Positions 45,231 through 57,625 of a stretch of DNA of 64,000 nucleotides are shown here, in pieces. The notes beneath the pieces were generated by a model. The model was not told the origin of the DNA and ran no database searches. It was given only the letters and a program-made list of their open reading frames with translations. Within the stretch, counting starts at the first letter, position 1, and the number at the start of each line of letters is the position of its first letter. The translations under genes were made by a program, and so were the position numbers. Source of the DNA: Eledone cirrhosa (taxonomy: Eukaryota); contig OZ024754.1 in the NCBI GenBank assembly GCA_964016885.1, positions 43,400,001 to 43,464,000 of the forward strand, read 5' to 3'.

Positions 45231-48200
45231 GATAGCAACTAACAGTGCTGCGATCGAATGTGGCTTTTTAGCCCAGCCAATGATCCAAAATGTCTTGCAC
45301 AGAGTCGGCAACCAAAACATTTACTGGGAATAGTCGGCTGTGGTTGGAGTTCGTGTACTTTTGCATGTCGCTTGAGTCCTCCTGCTGATTTACATTCTCT
45401 ACCACATGTTTGGCAAGCATGATGAGTAGCATCTCCAACAGCAGCCTGGTAGTCAACCACTGGTCTTACTTTATGACTGCGAAGATGACTTTCGAGTCCA
45501 GCTTTGCTTAGGCAGAGTCTCGCACAGACGCTGCATGTCAGAAACATAGGAGGACCCTCGCCGTCTGGAAGTGCAACAGCAATACCCTTCCTCACGTCCC
45601 GCTTCACTTTCTCGTGTGCGATTCGAGATGCCTCAAAGGCAACTTTTCCCTCATATACAGTCTTTCTCCATTTATTACGATCAGCAGCAATATTTTCCCA
45701 TGTATCAGCAGAGATGTTAGCGTCTTTCAGAGAGGCCTTCAAGGAATCCTTATACCTCTTTTTTGGTTTATGTGGCGGTCGTTTTCCTTTAACCAACTCT
45801 CCATAGAAGAGTTGTTTTGGTATTCTAGAATCCTTCATCCTGGCAAGGTGACCACTCCAACGGAGTCGCTGCTTAAGCACAAGAGCTTCTATACTGTCAC
45901 ACATAGAGCTTTCCAAAATCTCGACATCACTGATGTGGTCCCTCCAGCGAACGCCATGTATCCGTCTGAGACACATCTGATGGAAACGCTCCAATTGCTT
46001 AAGGTGGCGTCGATATGTGACCCAGGTCTCGCAGGCATAAAGAAGACAAGAGAGTACACATGCCCTGTACACCTTTACCTTTGTCCTCCTGCATATGTCT
46101 CGCCGACCCCAGAGTCGCCTTTCTAGCTTTCCGAAAGCATCACTTGCTTTCCTAATCCTAAGTGAGATTTCACTGTCAAGGTTGCCGTATCGATTGACAG
46201 TGCTTCCCAGGTAGACAAACTGATCAACCACTCCAAGTCGTCTGCCATACACATAGATGTTTGGTTCAGTGTACTGCCTACCAGGTGCAGGTTGGTACAT
46301 GACGACGGTTTTCTTGAGACTGACAGTCAAACCCAGGGCAGTGCAAGCGTCAGAAAATACATTCAAAATGTGCTGCATATCACTCTCTGTGTGCGCTACA
46401 AGATCGCAATCATCTGCATACAAGAGGTCTCTTATGACTGATGTAAATACTTTTGTCTTCGCAGCAAAGCGCCTGATGTTAAATATGCTGCCTGAGGTTC
46501 GATATCGGATGTAAACACCATGCTCGCAATTCCTGAATGCAATACAGAAAACCATTGCAAAGTATATGGCAAACAGGGTCGGTGCTGGAATATCCCCCTG
46601 TTTCACTCCATTTTTTACTGAGATAGGCTCCGACATGTTACCTCCGACATTAACCCAAGCCTTCATGTCGTCATGGAAAGACCTAACTAAAGCAAGGAAC
46701 TTATCAGGGCAACCAAGTTTCTGGAGAACCTTCCATAATGCATCTCTGTTGACAGTATCGAAAGCCTTTGTCAGATCGACAAAAACCTGATACAGATCCA
46801 AGCCCTGTTCAATGCACTTCTCCTGGAGCTGTCTAGCTGAGAAGATCATATCAGTAGTGCCGCGTCCAACACGAAAACCAGATTGACTTTCAGGAAGGAC
46901 ACAATCTGCAATGTGTGTCAGCAGACGGTCCAGAAGCACCCTACATAAAACTTTCCCCACGACAGAAAGCAATGATATACCTCTGTAGTTCCCACAATCA
47001 TTCCTGTTACCCTTTCCCTTGTACAAGACCACCATTACTGCATCTCTCCAGTCCTCAGGCACGGATTCATTAGCCCATATCCCTCCAAACAGAGAGTGAA
47101 GATGTTGCAGGAGTCTCTCACCACCATATTGTAGGAGCTCAGCATGTATGCCATCCATACCTGGAGATCTTCCACTGTTCAGCTTCGAAATAGCCACTGC
47201 AACCTCCACAAGTGTCGGAGGCTCTGCGAGAGCTACTTTCACAGGACTTTCCGGAATGAGATTGAGGAAATCTTCACTGACGACAGACGGCTGATTCAAA
47301 AGATCATCAAAGTGCTCCCGCCACCTTCGTAGAATTCCCTGTGAGTCACGAAGAAGTTCTTTGCCATCCCTGCTGCGAATCGGTGTCACCAGAGAAGAAG
47401 ACGGTCCATAAACCTCACGCAAGAGACTGTACAACAGCTTTGTGTTATTGCAATCAGACGCAGTTTGTATCTCACCAGCCTTCTCACTCCACCACTGATC
47501 CTTCATCTGAGAAAGACTCCGCCTAACACGTGATTTTACATCCCTGAGCTCCTCATGCAACGTATTCCTCTCCTGTGGTCTTGCCGTCAAGTAGCGTGAC
47601 AGAGCGCGCCTCTTATCAGCCAACAAGTCATCTATATGCACATCTTTCTCATTAAACCAGTCCTGATGTTTTCTCTGCACCAATCCCAGAACACGTCTGC
47701 CTACATCATAAACCGACTTTTTAAGGGTCGGCCAATCCTCACCAAGATCTGCAGCCTGCATCTCTTCTTCCAATGTCCTCTTCACATTTTTATCCTTAAG
47801 ACGAGCAGCATTCAATCTTTTGGGCAGGGTAACACCAGGAGCCCGGATTTTACGTTTGGTGATTAGATTCACTTTTGCGCGTACCAGGCGGTGGTCCGTC
47901 CAGCACTCAGCTCCACGAAGAACACGAACACACCGCACATCCTGTCTGTCACGCATCCTGACTAGGACGTAGTCCAAAAGATGCCATTCCCTAGATGCAG
48001 GATGCATCCATGTGGTCTTGAATTTGTTCTTTTGTTGGAACATGGTGTTGGTAACACACAGATCCAGCTCCTCACACATCTGCAGCAAGAGCATACCATT
48101 GCTGTTACACTTTCCCACCCCATGCCTTCCGATTACATTCCATGTGTTAAAATCCCTACCCACTCTAGCATTAAAGTCACCAAGCACGATGACTTTGTCT

Positions 48201-49163
48201 GCCTGAGGGATATTTCTTAAAACACCTTTCAAGGCATGGTAAAAGGACAGTTTTTCTTCATCGACAGAATTCATAGTTGGAGCATACACACTCACCAGGG
48301 TAGCATATCTTCCCTTGTCCAGCGGAACTCTCATGGACATAAGACGCTCACTAATCCCCACTGGGAATTCTTCCAATTTATTCACCAGTACAGTCTTAAC
48401 AGCAAATCCCACCCCAGCCTCTCTTCTGGTTCCTTCATCTCTTCCTTTCCAGAAGAATGTATATTCTCCACAAAATTCCGTAAGATGACCATCTCCAGCT
48501 AACCTCGTCTCAGACAAAGCCACGATGTCAAGATCGTAACGTCGAAGCTCCTTCGCAACAAGAGCGGTCCTTCGTTCAGGACGCTCCAAAGAATCCCTGT
48601 CAAGCAGCGTCCGTACGTTCCAGCAGCCAAGACTAAATGCCCTGTTTGGCTCTATTACAATGGCACGATGACGGGCGGGCCCAGGTTGTGATAACTTGGG
48701 GCCCCTGCCCTTATTGCCAATGATCTTTTTTGTTCCAGAACCCAAATTGGCAATTATCTCGTTTACATTGTTCTGGAACATCATTGAATTGGGAAAAAAA
48801 AAAAAAAAAAAAAAAGTAATAATAATAGTAATAACAATAATAATAATAATAATAATACTACACTATTAATAATTATTAATGCACTCGTGCAATGCCTGTG
48901 CGTGACGAATATTTTTAAAGTGAGGAAAGACTGTGCACTGAACCAATCCCACTCTCTGAGCGACAGTAGCTATAACCCGAAAAGAAGAAAAGATCAACAT
49001 CATCGGTAACTACTGAGCCGCAGGTTTTATATCGGAGTTAACCCAGTTTCCTGAGATGCCTTCTCCTAGAAGAATACCCTGACATGGGCTAGGGGTTCTT
49101 CACTCCCAGTGGTTTAACTGCGCGATCGGGCATCCAGCCCGATTATTTCTATGTCCCCGCGCA
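44983..49163 (-). mobile_element. Apparently full-length RTE-clade LINE
   Basis: Single intact APE-RT ORF, an upstream GC-richer segment with a terminal hairpin (49119-49163), and a 3' stem-loop (ctcg-ataa-cgag) running into (TA)n. The 5' boundary is approximate and no TSD was resolved. Confidence 0.8.
45239..48784 (-). CDS. RTE-clade LINE polyprotein: APE endonuclease + reverse transcriptase + 3 C2H2 zinc fingers (1181 aa)
   Basis: APE motifs WNVRTL, LSETR, VYAPT, GDFNARVG, LLDY and TDH. RT motifs NYRGISLL, PESQSGFR, FVDLTKAFDTV, GVKQG, LLYADD and FVYLGS. Three CxxC..H..H repeats at the C-terminus. Confidence 0.97.
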   Translation of the reverse strand: MMFQNNVNEIIANLGSGTKKIIGNKGRGPKLSQPGPARHRAIVIEPNRAFSLGCWNVRTLLDRDSLERPERRTALVAKELRRYDLDIVALSETRLAGDGHLTEFCGEYTFFWKGRDEGTRREAGVGFAVKTVLVNKLEEFPVGISERLMSMRVPLDKGRYATLVSVYAPTMNSVDEEKLSFYHALKGVLRNIPQADKVIVLGDFNARVGRDFNTWNVIGRHGVGKCNSNGMLLLQMCEELDLCVTNTMFQQKNKFKTTWMHPASREWHLLDYVLVRMRDRQDVRCVRVLRGAECWTDHRLVRAKVNLITKRKIRAPGVTLPKRLNAARLKDKNVKRTLEEEMQAADLGEDWPTLKKSVYDVGRRVLGLVQRKHQDWFNEKDVHIDDLLADKRRALSRYLTARPQERNTLHEELRDVKSRVRRSLSQMKDQWWSEKAGEIQTASDCNNTKLLYSLLREVYGPSSSLVTPIRSRDGKELLRDSQGILRRWREHFDDLLNQPSVVSEDFLNLIPESPVKVALAEPPTLVEVAVAISKLNSGRSPGMDGIHAELLQYGGERLLQHLHSLFGGIWANESVPEDWRDAVMVVLYKGKGNRNDCGNYRGISLLSVVGKVLCRVLLDRLLTHIADCVLPESQSGFRVGRGTTDMIFSARQLQEKCIEQGLDLYQVFVDLTKAFDTVNRDALWKVLQKLGCPDKFLALVRSFHDDMKAWVNVGGNMSEPISVKNGVKQGDIPAPTLFAIYFAMVFCIAFRNCEHGVYIRYRTSGSIFNIRRFAAKTKVFTSVIRDLLYADDCDLVAHTESDMQHILNVFSDACTALGLTVSLKKTVVMYQPAPGRQYTEPNIYVYGRRLGVVDQFVYLGSTVNRYGNLDSEISLRIRKASDAFGKLERRLWGRRDICRRTKVKVYRACVLSCLLYACETWVTYRRHLKQLERFHQMCLRRIHGVRWRDHISDVEILESSMCDSIEALVLKQRLRWSGHLARMKDSRIPKQLFYGELVKGKRPPHKPKKRYKDSLKASLKDANISADTWENIAADRNKWRKTVYEGKVAFEASRIAHEKVKRDVRKGIAVALPDGEGPPMFLTCSVCARLCLSKAGLESHLRSHKVRPVVDYQAAVGDATHHACQTCGRECKSAGGLKRHAKVHELQPQPTIPSKCFGCRLCARHFGSLAGLKSHIRSQHC

Positions 49164-50370
49164 AAAAAAAAAAAAAAAAAAAAAAAAATTACTTATTGAC
49201 ACTTATACGTACGACATACACACACACGCATACATGTAGATATATGTGCACATGTAATAACTATATATACATATACATATATATATAATGTAGATACATG
49301 TGCACATGTAATAGCTATATACATATATATATAATGTAGATATATGTGCACATGTAATAGCTATATACATATATATATAATGTAGATACATGTGCACATG
49401 TAATAACTATATATACATATACATATATATATAATGTAGATATATGTGCACATGTAATAGCTATATATACATATGTAGATATAGAATGTGGCGGGTGCTC
49501 GGCTCTATAATTGATGAAAGGCTTGGATTGCACTATTCTAAAGTCTATATTCTTGCGGCTGAGCACCGCTTGTGAAACCAATCACCCGGAGAAAGCCATT
49601 GAAATGAACTTACACAGTGAATTCCTTCGATGGATGCGGCTGAAGCCACCCCGGGTGACCGCCAACAGATGTCAACGAAGCAAAAGTTTTGTTGACAGCT
49701 GGACCTGAGAAAGTATCGTAGAAAATAAAGATCAAAGCAGAAAGTTTTCCTTTTACAAAATATTGCACTGTTGGACATTTCACATATACTCAGGTAAGTA
49801 ATGTCTGTCTAAGGTCGTTGTTCTCGACAGGCACAGGAAGACCTAGTAACATATGGAGGACGGGGGGTCCAGGATGTCGGCCTCGTTGCGGTGGGCCCTG
49901 GAAACTGATCACTGCTCTTGATAAGACGAACGACAACAACCTGAGACATCAACAGTCTCATACACATAAAGACGACGACGACGACGACGAAGAAGAAGAA
50001 GAAGAAGAAGAAGAAGAAGAAGAAGAAGAAGAAGAAGAAGAAGAAGAAGAAGAAGAAGAAGAAGAAGAAGAAGAAGAAGAAGAAGAAGAAGAAGAAGAAG
50101 AAGAAGAAGAAGAAGAAGAAGAAGAAGAAGAAGAAGAAGAAGAAGAAGAAGAAGGATGATGTTGATGATGATGGTGATGAGGAGAAGGATAATGATGAGG
50201 ATGTTGGTGAGGATAATTAGTCCATTAGCTCAGTCAGCGAATCCCTTCTAAATAAATGTGACCTAAAGTGAAGGTGTCACGCAAGGTTCGAGTCACTGCC
50301 GTGTCACGACTGCCGGGAACAGGCAACGGCTTTTTCGATCGATCAAACATGAAATTGACAAGGCTGAAAA

Positions 50371-50407
50371 CCGGAAGTAAGATATCCTGTCTATAGAGTG
50401 ACGTCAC
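50371..50407. promoter_or_regulatory. Candidate ETS (CCGGAAGT) + CRE (GTGACGTCAC) site pair
   Basis: Both exact motifs lie within 37 bp in a CpG-containing unique island (50225-50410). Confidence 0.35.
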
Positions 50408-50624
50408 GACATATTCCACCAACCAGACACATACACTCACATACATACATACATACATACATACATACAGACACACACAGACATACACACACAGACATAC
50501 GCACACAGACTCACATACACACATATACAGACATACGCACTCACACAGACTCACATACACACACAGACAGACATACAGAGTCACACATACACACAATGAA
50601 GACAAAGGTACAGATAGAGATAAA

Positions 50625-50672
<48 letters not shown>

Positions 50673-50804
50673 GAGAGAGAGAGACAGAGAGACAGAGAGA
50701 TAGATAGATAAATAGATAGATAGTTACACATAATATACATATACACATACACATACATACACATACATACATATACATACATTCATACATGAACATATAT
50801 CTCA

Positions 50805-50835
<31 letters not shown>

Positions 50836-50836
50836 G

Positions 50837-51043
50837 AAATTATTGTGTACAGTGCTCAGGTGCACTACAAGTCGTCAAAGGTGTATGTATAGTACATAGA
50901 ATAATACACAAATGTCAGGGAAGTACATGTGTGTATGTGTTAGCTGTAGTGTTGGCGGATCTCAGGAAGCATGGAGGCCTTAAAGGATGCAGTGTCTCGA
51001 CAGCTAACAACTGATGCAGGTAGTTTGTTCCATGCTTCAGCAA
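50837..51043 (-). mobile_element. 3' fragment of a CR1-group LINE
   Basis: Minus translation AEAWNKLPASVVSCRDTASFKASMLPEIRQHYS* carries the 'WN.LP..VV....FK' motif and is followed by an (att)n tail. Confidence 0.65.
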
Positions 51044-51069
51044 TACTATATATATATATATATGTATAG

Positions 51070-51110
<41 letters not shown>

Positions 51111-51250
51111 TAAATAAATATATATATATGTGTGTATGTATAAATACTTTACAAATCTAATGAGTTCTGCTGCTTTCTAATGGAATAAAAAGTTGAAAGA
51201 TCTAACGATCATTTATGGTTTAATAGCTAATAATAGATTCTAACGTACAC

Positions 51251-51295
<45 letters not shown>

Positions 51296-51305
51296 GTATA
51301 TATAT

Positions 51306-51336
<31 letters not shown>

Positions 51337-52669
51337 CACACACACACATATATATATATGGTAGTTAGGTAAGTTTCACTACCACCACCACCACCACCAC
51401 CATTACACTACTACCACCACAACAATGGCTACAACCGCCACAGTGACCAACACTAATACCACCATGACGACTACCACCACCACCACCACCACCATGACCA
51501 CCACCATGACGACAACCACCACCACCACCACCTTAACACCCCCCCCCCTCCACAACACCACCACCACCACCAAGATAGCTATAGTGATGCTCAACTGACC
51601 ACCCTGAATGACTTCTCTGCTGGAAGCTGACCACCTGACGCCATCACACTTCTGTTTGTGGCTACAAATATCCCCCCCCACCACCTCCTCCCCCCCCACC
51701 TCTCCTATCTAACTACATTCATACATACATATATACATTAGTACATAGATATATATATATATATACATACATACATATATACATTAGTACATACATACAT
51801 ATATATATACACATACATACATATATACATTAGTACATAGATATATATATATATATATACATACATACATACTTACATATATACATTAGTACATACATAC
51901 ATATATATATATATACATACATACATATATACATTACTACATACATATATATATATATATACATACATACATACTTACATATATACATTAGTACATACAT
52001 ATATATATATATATATATATACATACATACATACATATATACATTAGTACATACATATATATATATACATACATACATACATATATACATTAGTACTTAC
52101 ATATATATATATATATACATACATACATACATATATACATTACTACATACATATATATATATATATACATACATACGTACTTACATATATACATTACTAC
52201 ATACATATATATATATATATACATACATACATACTTACATATATACATTACTACATACATATATATATATATATACATACATACGTACTTACATATATAC
52301 ATTACTACATACATATATATATATATATATATACATACATACGTACTTACATATATACATTAGTACATACATATATATATATATATATATATACATACAT
52401 ACATACATATATACATTAGTACATACATATATATATATATATACATACATACATACATATATACATTAGTACATACATATATATACATACATACATACAT
52501 ACATATATACATTAGTACATACATATATATATATATATACATACATACATACATATATACATTAGTACATACATACATATATATATATATATACATACAT
52601 ACATATATACATTACTACATACATATATATATATATATACATACATACATACTTACATATATACATTAG

Positions 52670-52701
<32 letters not shown>

Positions 52702-52902
52702 CATACATACATACATATATACATTAGTACATACATATATATATATACATACATACATACATACATATATACATTAGTACATACATATATATATATATAT
52801 ATACATACATACATACTTACATATATACATTAGTACATACATATATATATATATATATATACATACATACATATATACATTAGTACATACATACATACAT
52901 AT

Positions 52903-52935
<33 letters not shown>

Positions 52936-52987
52936 TACATACATACATACATACATACATACATACATACATACATACATACATACA

Positions 52988-53021
<34 letters not shown>

Positions 53022-53251
53022 CATTAGTACATACATACATATATATATATACATACATACATACATATATATATATGGTGGCTGCCAACTCGTTTTCGAG
53101 TACGGCCACTACTTTATATCCATGTAGGAGAACCCCTACCGATGCGCTGAGCGCTGGTCAAGCCGGTGCTGGTCATGGTGAAGCTGTTATTGGTGGTAGT
53201 AGGGGTGGTGGCTGTAGTGGATGTGGTGGTGGTGGAGGCGATGGTAGTGGT

Positions 53252-53786
53252 GGCGTCAACCCTTACCTCTGGTCATACATCTTGGGTAACGACCGGAAGA
53301 ATATGATTGTGAATACAAGTGGCTGAAATGAGGTGACCCCTAAAGGGTCTTTGGAGTAAGGTTACTCGATAAAGTGCGTAGCTGGGAGATGAGAGAGTCA
53401 CTCCGGGTAGAGCCGCTACTTCTCTGGATTGAGAGATCACAGCTCTGATACTATGGAGGACATGTGGTTAGAATGTCTCAGGAAGGAATCACTGGACAAA
53501 TTTTACGGCCAAAACCAACTGGTAGGAGACCCAGGGGTAGACCCCGAGCAAGATGGTCGGATAACATCCATGAGCTTGGCTGGTCTCGCTTGGGGATCCA
53601 GCCGGGATCTGTTGGAGGTGGTTGCTTCTGACAGGACCCGCTAGAAGGAGTGTTTGAGGACTCTCTGCCCACGACTCTCTCAGGAATAAGTGGGAGAAGA
53701 AGAAGAAAAAAGAAGAAGAAGAAGAAGAAGAAGAAGAAGAAGAAGAAGAAGAAGAAGAAGAAGAAGAAGAAGAAGAAGAAGAAGAA
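53252..53786 (+). mobile_element. Decayed 3' part of an Expander/Rex3-like RTE LINE with (GAA)n tail
   Basis: Coding remnants (WVTTGR..IQVAEM; LRVEPLLLWIERSQL; RPRGRPRARWSDNI) ending in a long (gaa)n. Confidence 0.7.
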
Positions 53787-54027
53787 ATAAACAATCATGT
53801 AGGGAGATTAATCCAAAGATCACTGCCTTATCAATATGATCCTTGTCGTACTCAGCCGTGTCCAGCCGTGTCCAGCTCCCCTGACTCACACCACCACCAC
53901 CACCACCACCACCAACAACAACACCACCACATATTCTCTTCCTCCCCCCAGCCCGTAGCTATTAAATTGAATAAAAAGGCATCTAACAGAGTTTATAAAT
54001 TAGCTTGCACACACACACACACGCACA

Positions 54028-54078
<51 letters not shown>

Positions 54079-54085
54079 AAGAGTA

Positions 54086-54135
<50 letters not shown>

Positions 54136-54728
54136 GTATATAAAAGAGATAGAGATCGTTTAATTGGTACAATTTGGCCCCAAACTGTCTGTAGAATATG
54201 GAATAATGTATTTAGCTGTTTGTTGTTGTCTGTTGTTGTCTGTTGTTGTTGTTGTTGTTGTCTTTACTGTCTTATTAGACAGTGGTATCTTCCTGTGGGC
54301 GTGGCGTAACGTGGCGTGACATACCGCCGCTTAGCACAACATAGCATAGCATGTCGCGGCGTGGCGTGGCGTGGTGCAACACCCCACCACATACACAACT
54401 TTGATGGTCTTATCCCTCGCCGAACATTTAAACAACAAAAAAGATAGTAAAAGGCATCAGAAAGAACTTTGTAGTTGGTCTTCTTTTTCTTTAAACAGAT
54501 CTTGTTATCGGAAGAACTAAAGCAATTAGGCATGTGTCTTTAATATATTAAGTAAATTATAAAGGGAGTTGTATCGGGTAAGGAGGAGAAGAGGTGAGAT
54601 TAACCCTTTTGATATCAACCCACACAAAAACCGGCTTCGGATCTATTAAACAAAAAACCCCGCTCTCACTTTAAAGGATCCCTATTTAAATTCAAATCTT
54701 CCGACATAATTTTATCCATACCTTAAGT

Positions 54729-55026
54729 CAGAGGTCCCCAATCACTAGGCCGAGGACCCGTACCCGTCCGTGGATCATTTGCTACCGGGCCGCAAAGAAA
54801 TAATTAATTTGTTTAAAATTATATAATAGTTAAATTGAATATTGGATTTAAAATTTTAAAAGATTTGTTTAAATATTCAATATTCATCTACTTTAATAAA
54901 TTGTTCTTTTTATTACTGTTCTCTTTATCGAAATGTACTGAAATAACATATGTGCAACTACGGGTCCACGGAAAGATTGTCCGGCATGAAGCCGGTCTGT
55001 GGTTTAAAAAAGGTTGGAGACCTCTG
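54729..55026. mobile_element. Non-autonomous hAT (Charlie/MER1-like) MITE
   Basis: TIRs cagaggtccccaa / ttggagacctctg. 8-bp TSD ccttaagt / ctttaagt (7/8 match). Confidence 0.8.
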
Positions 55027-55520
55027 CTTTAAGTCTTTTGACAAATATAAATTAACAATGAAACAATAGTTTTAATAAAGATCTCAAAAGTCTCCAGTAA
55101 TTAGTTGGATAGATTGAATTGTATTAGAAATACGGCCATGAACGTGTTTTGAAAAAAATGGTAGAACCTTCTAACTGTATTTACAGCTCATCACATTTTA
55201 ATTATATACATATATATATATATACATACACCCACACACAGACATACACACACACACACTCACACATGATGTTTCATTACTCAAAGTTAATTAACGTGTA
55301 ACTAATGAATGTAGTCTCTTATATGTATATATAAACACACATGTTCATCCATGCGTGTCTGTAAAAAAAGAAAACAAGATGGCTGTTTTGCTACGAGAGA
55401 TACACATGATTGAACTTAAACGAGATCAAGGGAAACGGAAAATGTGTAAAATGTACGCCTGTTGCTCAGATGACTGAACAGGCTTTGTTTAGGTCACCTT
55501 TTCTAGACCTTTCCTGTATG

Positions 55521-55863
55521 GTATGGCTGAGCTATAAGTCTGGAGTTGAGAACGGTCCCTCCCATGTGGTATGGCTGAGCTATAAGTCTGGAGTAGAGAA
55601 CGGTCCCTCCCATGTGGTATGGCTGAGCTATAAGTCTGGAGTAGAGAACGGTCCCTTCCATGTGGTATGGCTGAGCTATAAGTCTGGAGTAGGGAACGGA
55701 ACCCTCTCATGTAGTATGGCTGAGCTATAAGTCTGGAGTAGAGAACGGTCCCTCCCATGTGGTATGGCTGAGCTTAGTCTGGAGTAGAGAACGGAACCCT
55801 CTCATGTACTATGGCTGAGCTATAAGTTTGGAGTAGGGAACGGACCCTTCCCATGTGGTATGG
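55521..55863. repeat. 48-bp minisatellite, ~7 units
   Basis: Unit gtatggctgagctataagtctggagtagagaacggtccctcccatgtg at 55521, 55569, 55617 and onward. Confidence 0.95.
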
Positions 55864-56069
55864 CGGTGTTATAAGTCTGTTATAAGTACAGGGCGGAGAG
55901 TGGAGAAAAAAATAACAATAATGTTGTCCGGTGCGTTCACCAGAAAAGGGGGCGAGAGGAAGGGAAGAGAGAGACGAGAGAGAGAGGGAAAGAGAGAGGG
56001 ATAGAGAGAAAGATATTGGTTTCTGATTTAGGCACAAGGCCAACAATTTTTGCGGAGGGGAGTGTCACA

Positions 56070-56193
56070 CCTTTACGATCTGAGTTCAATTCTTGCCAAG
56101 GTTAACTTTGCCTTTCATCCTTACGGGGTCAATAAAATAAAGTACCAGTAATGCACTGGGGTAATTGCTGGCCTTGTGCCAAAAGTAGAAACA
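56070..56193 (+). mobile_element. Cephalopod-type SINE fragment
   Basis: gagttcaattcttgccaaggttaactttgcctttcatccttacggggtc...gtaccagtaatgcactgg...ggccttgtgccaaaagtagaaac. Confidence 0.7.
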
Positions 56194-56743
56194 ATTACTA
56201 TCGTCATATCTAATGTGTTTCCCCTATAATAATGTCCCTTTATTTCTCCTCCATATAAACCCCACATTTTGTTGGGTTGTGTTCTCTTCCTTGTATTGTT
56301 CCCCTAACTTCATTCGTCCCTTTGGTCAATAAAAGAAATCATTATTATAACAGCGGGGAGTGACTTTCTATTGGATCTTACGACTGACTTGACCACCTGC
56401 TTCTCCTACCGCCATCTTGGTTTTGTGTATTGACTCTCCTTATTCTCCTCCTCCTCCCCCTTCCTTGCTTGTCGCTCCGCCATGATGTCCAGACACGATA
56501 TGTATGATTGTAAATCTTATTAACTTTAACGACCACGACCACCACCGCCACCGACACCACCACCACCAACACCACCAATAACAACAACACCACCAACAAC
56601 AACAACACCACCAACACCACCAGCACCAGCACCACCACCACCACCAACACCAACACCACCACCACCAACAACAACAACAATGACACCACCACCACCACCA
56701 CCACCAACACCAATACCATCACTACCACCAAAACCACCACCAC

Positions 56744-56831
56744 GAAAACCGCGTTTCGCTATTGATCAGCTCTAGGTTCGATCTGTATCGATCTGGCCCG
56801 ATTCTGGAATCAAAAGCTCGTCGGACTTCTG
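56744..56831 (-). ncRNA. Degenerate family F hammerhead (extended stem II)
   Basis: gaagt-CCGACGA-gct-tttgat-tccag...gatc..gatc..agctg-atcaa-t-agc-GAAA-cgcggtt. Aligns with 29964-30056 with compensatory changes, but has a core T>C substitution. Confidence 0.55.
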
Positions 56832-56853
56832 TTGTAGTAATGACACTCCCTGG

Positions 56854-56920
<67 letters not shown>

Positions 56921-56930
56921 CGTATATATA

Positions 56931-57120
56931 ATTGTTTCTACTTTAGGCACACGGCCAGCAATTACCTCAGTGCATTACTGGCACTTTATTTTATCGACCC
57001 CCGTAAGGATGAAAGGCAAAGTTAACCACGGCGGGATTTGAACTCATATCATAAAGGGAGGTAACTCTATGCGTCAAAGCATGGCGTCCGCCCCTCTACC
57101 GACACTGCCAATCCACCGCC
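56931..57120 (-). mobile_element. Cephalopod-type SINE, near full length
   Basis: Reverse complement of the ggcgg..ttggcagtgtcggtaga head, the gagttcaaatccc B box and the family core. Confidence 0.75.
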
Positions 57121-57557
57121 CCCCCCTCTCTATATATAATACAATGGCGAGAGACAAAATTAAAACCTATTTATTTACTTTGCTTAGTTTTATCACCAAA
57201 GAATTACTTTCAGCGAAAAGAAATGGTCACAGAATAGACACGAGGTGGTGGCGGATATGATGGCTGTGATGGTTAAGAAGAGGAGTACCTAAGACTGGGG
57301 GTAGGTCTTGCTTGAAAGGAAGTGTGTGTGTGTAATCAGTCACTAGAACCTCCTCCACCTCCACCACCACCGGGCGCAGCATCAAGTGATGTCAAATCAT
57401 CACATATAATGAAGTTCGGCATGTTTATGTAGGTGGGTGTCACACACAGATTTAATGGCCTTCCTACCTAACCCCTCTTTTAAGAAACACCGCCTTATAT
57501 ATGTATGTGTGTGTATATATATATATGTGTGTATGTATATACATACATGTGTGAGTG

Positions 57558-57625
<68 letters not shown>

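Noticed and set aside
45268-48502. Short ORFs overlapping the RTE ORF in other frames or strand
   Set aside because: Shadow ORFs of the 1181-aa CDS.
49060-49163. HDV-like ribozyme at the RTE 5' end (known in some RTEs)
   Set aside because: Hairpins are present (tgcgcg/cgcgca, atcgggc/gcccgat), but I could not assemble the nested double pseudoknot by eye. It needs a descriptor search.
55521-55863. CRISPR-like array
   Set aside because: Whole units repeat with no unique spacers, in a eukaryotic context.
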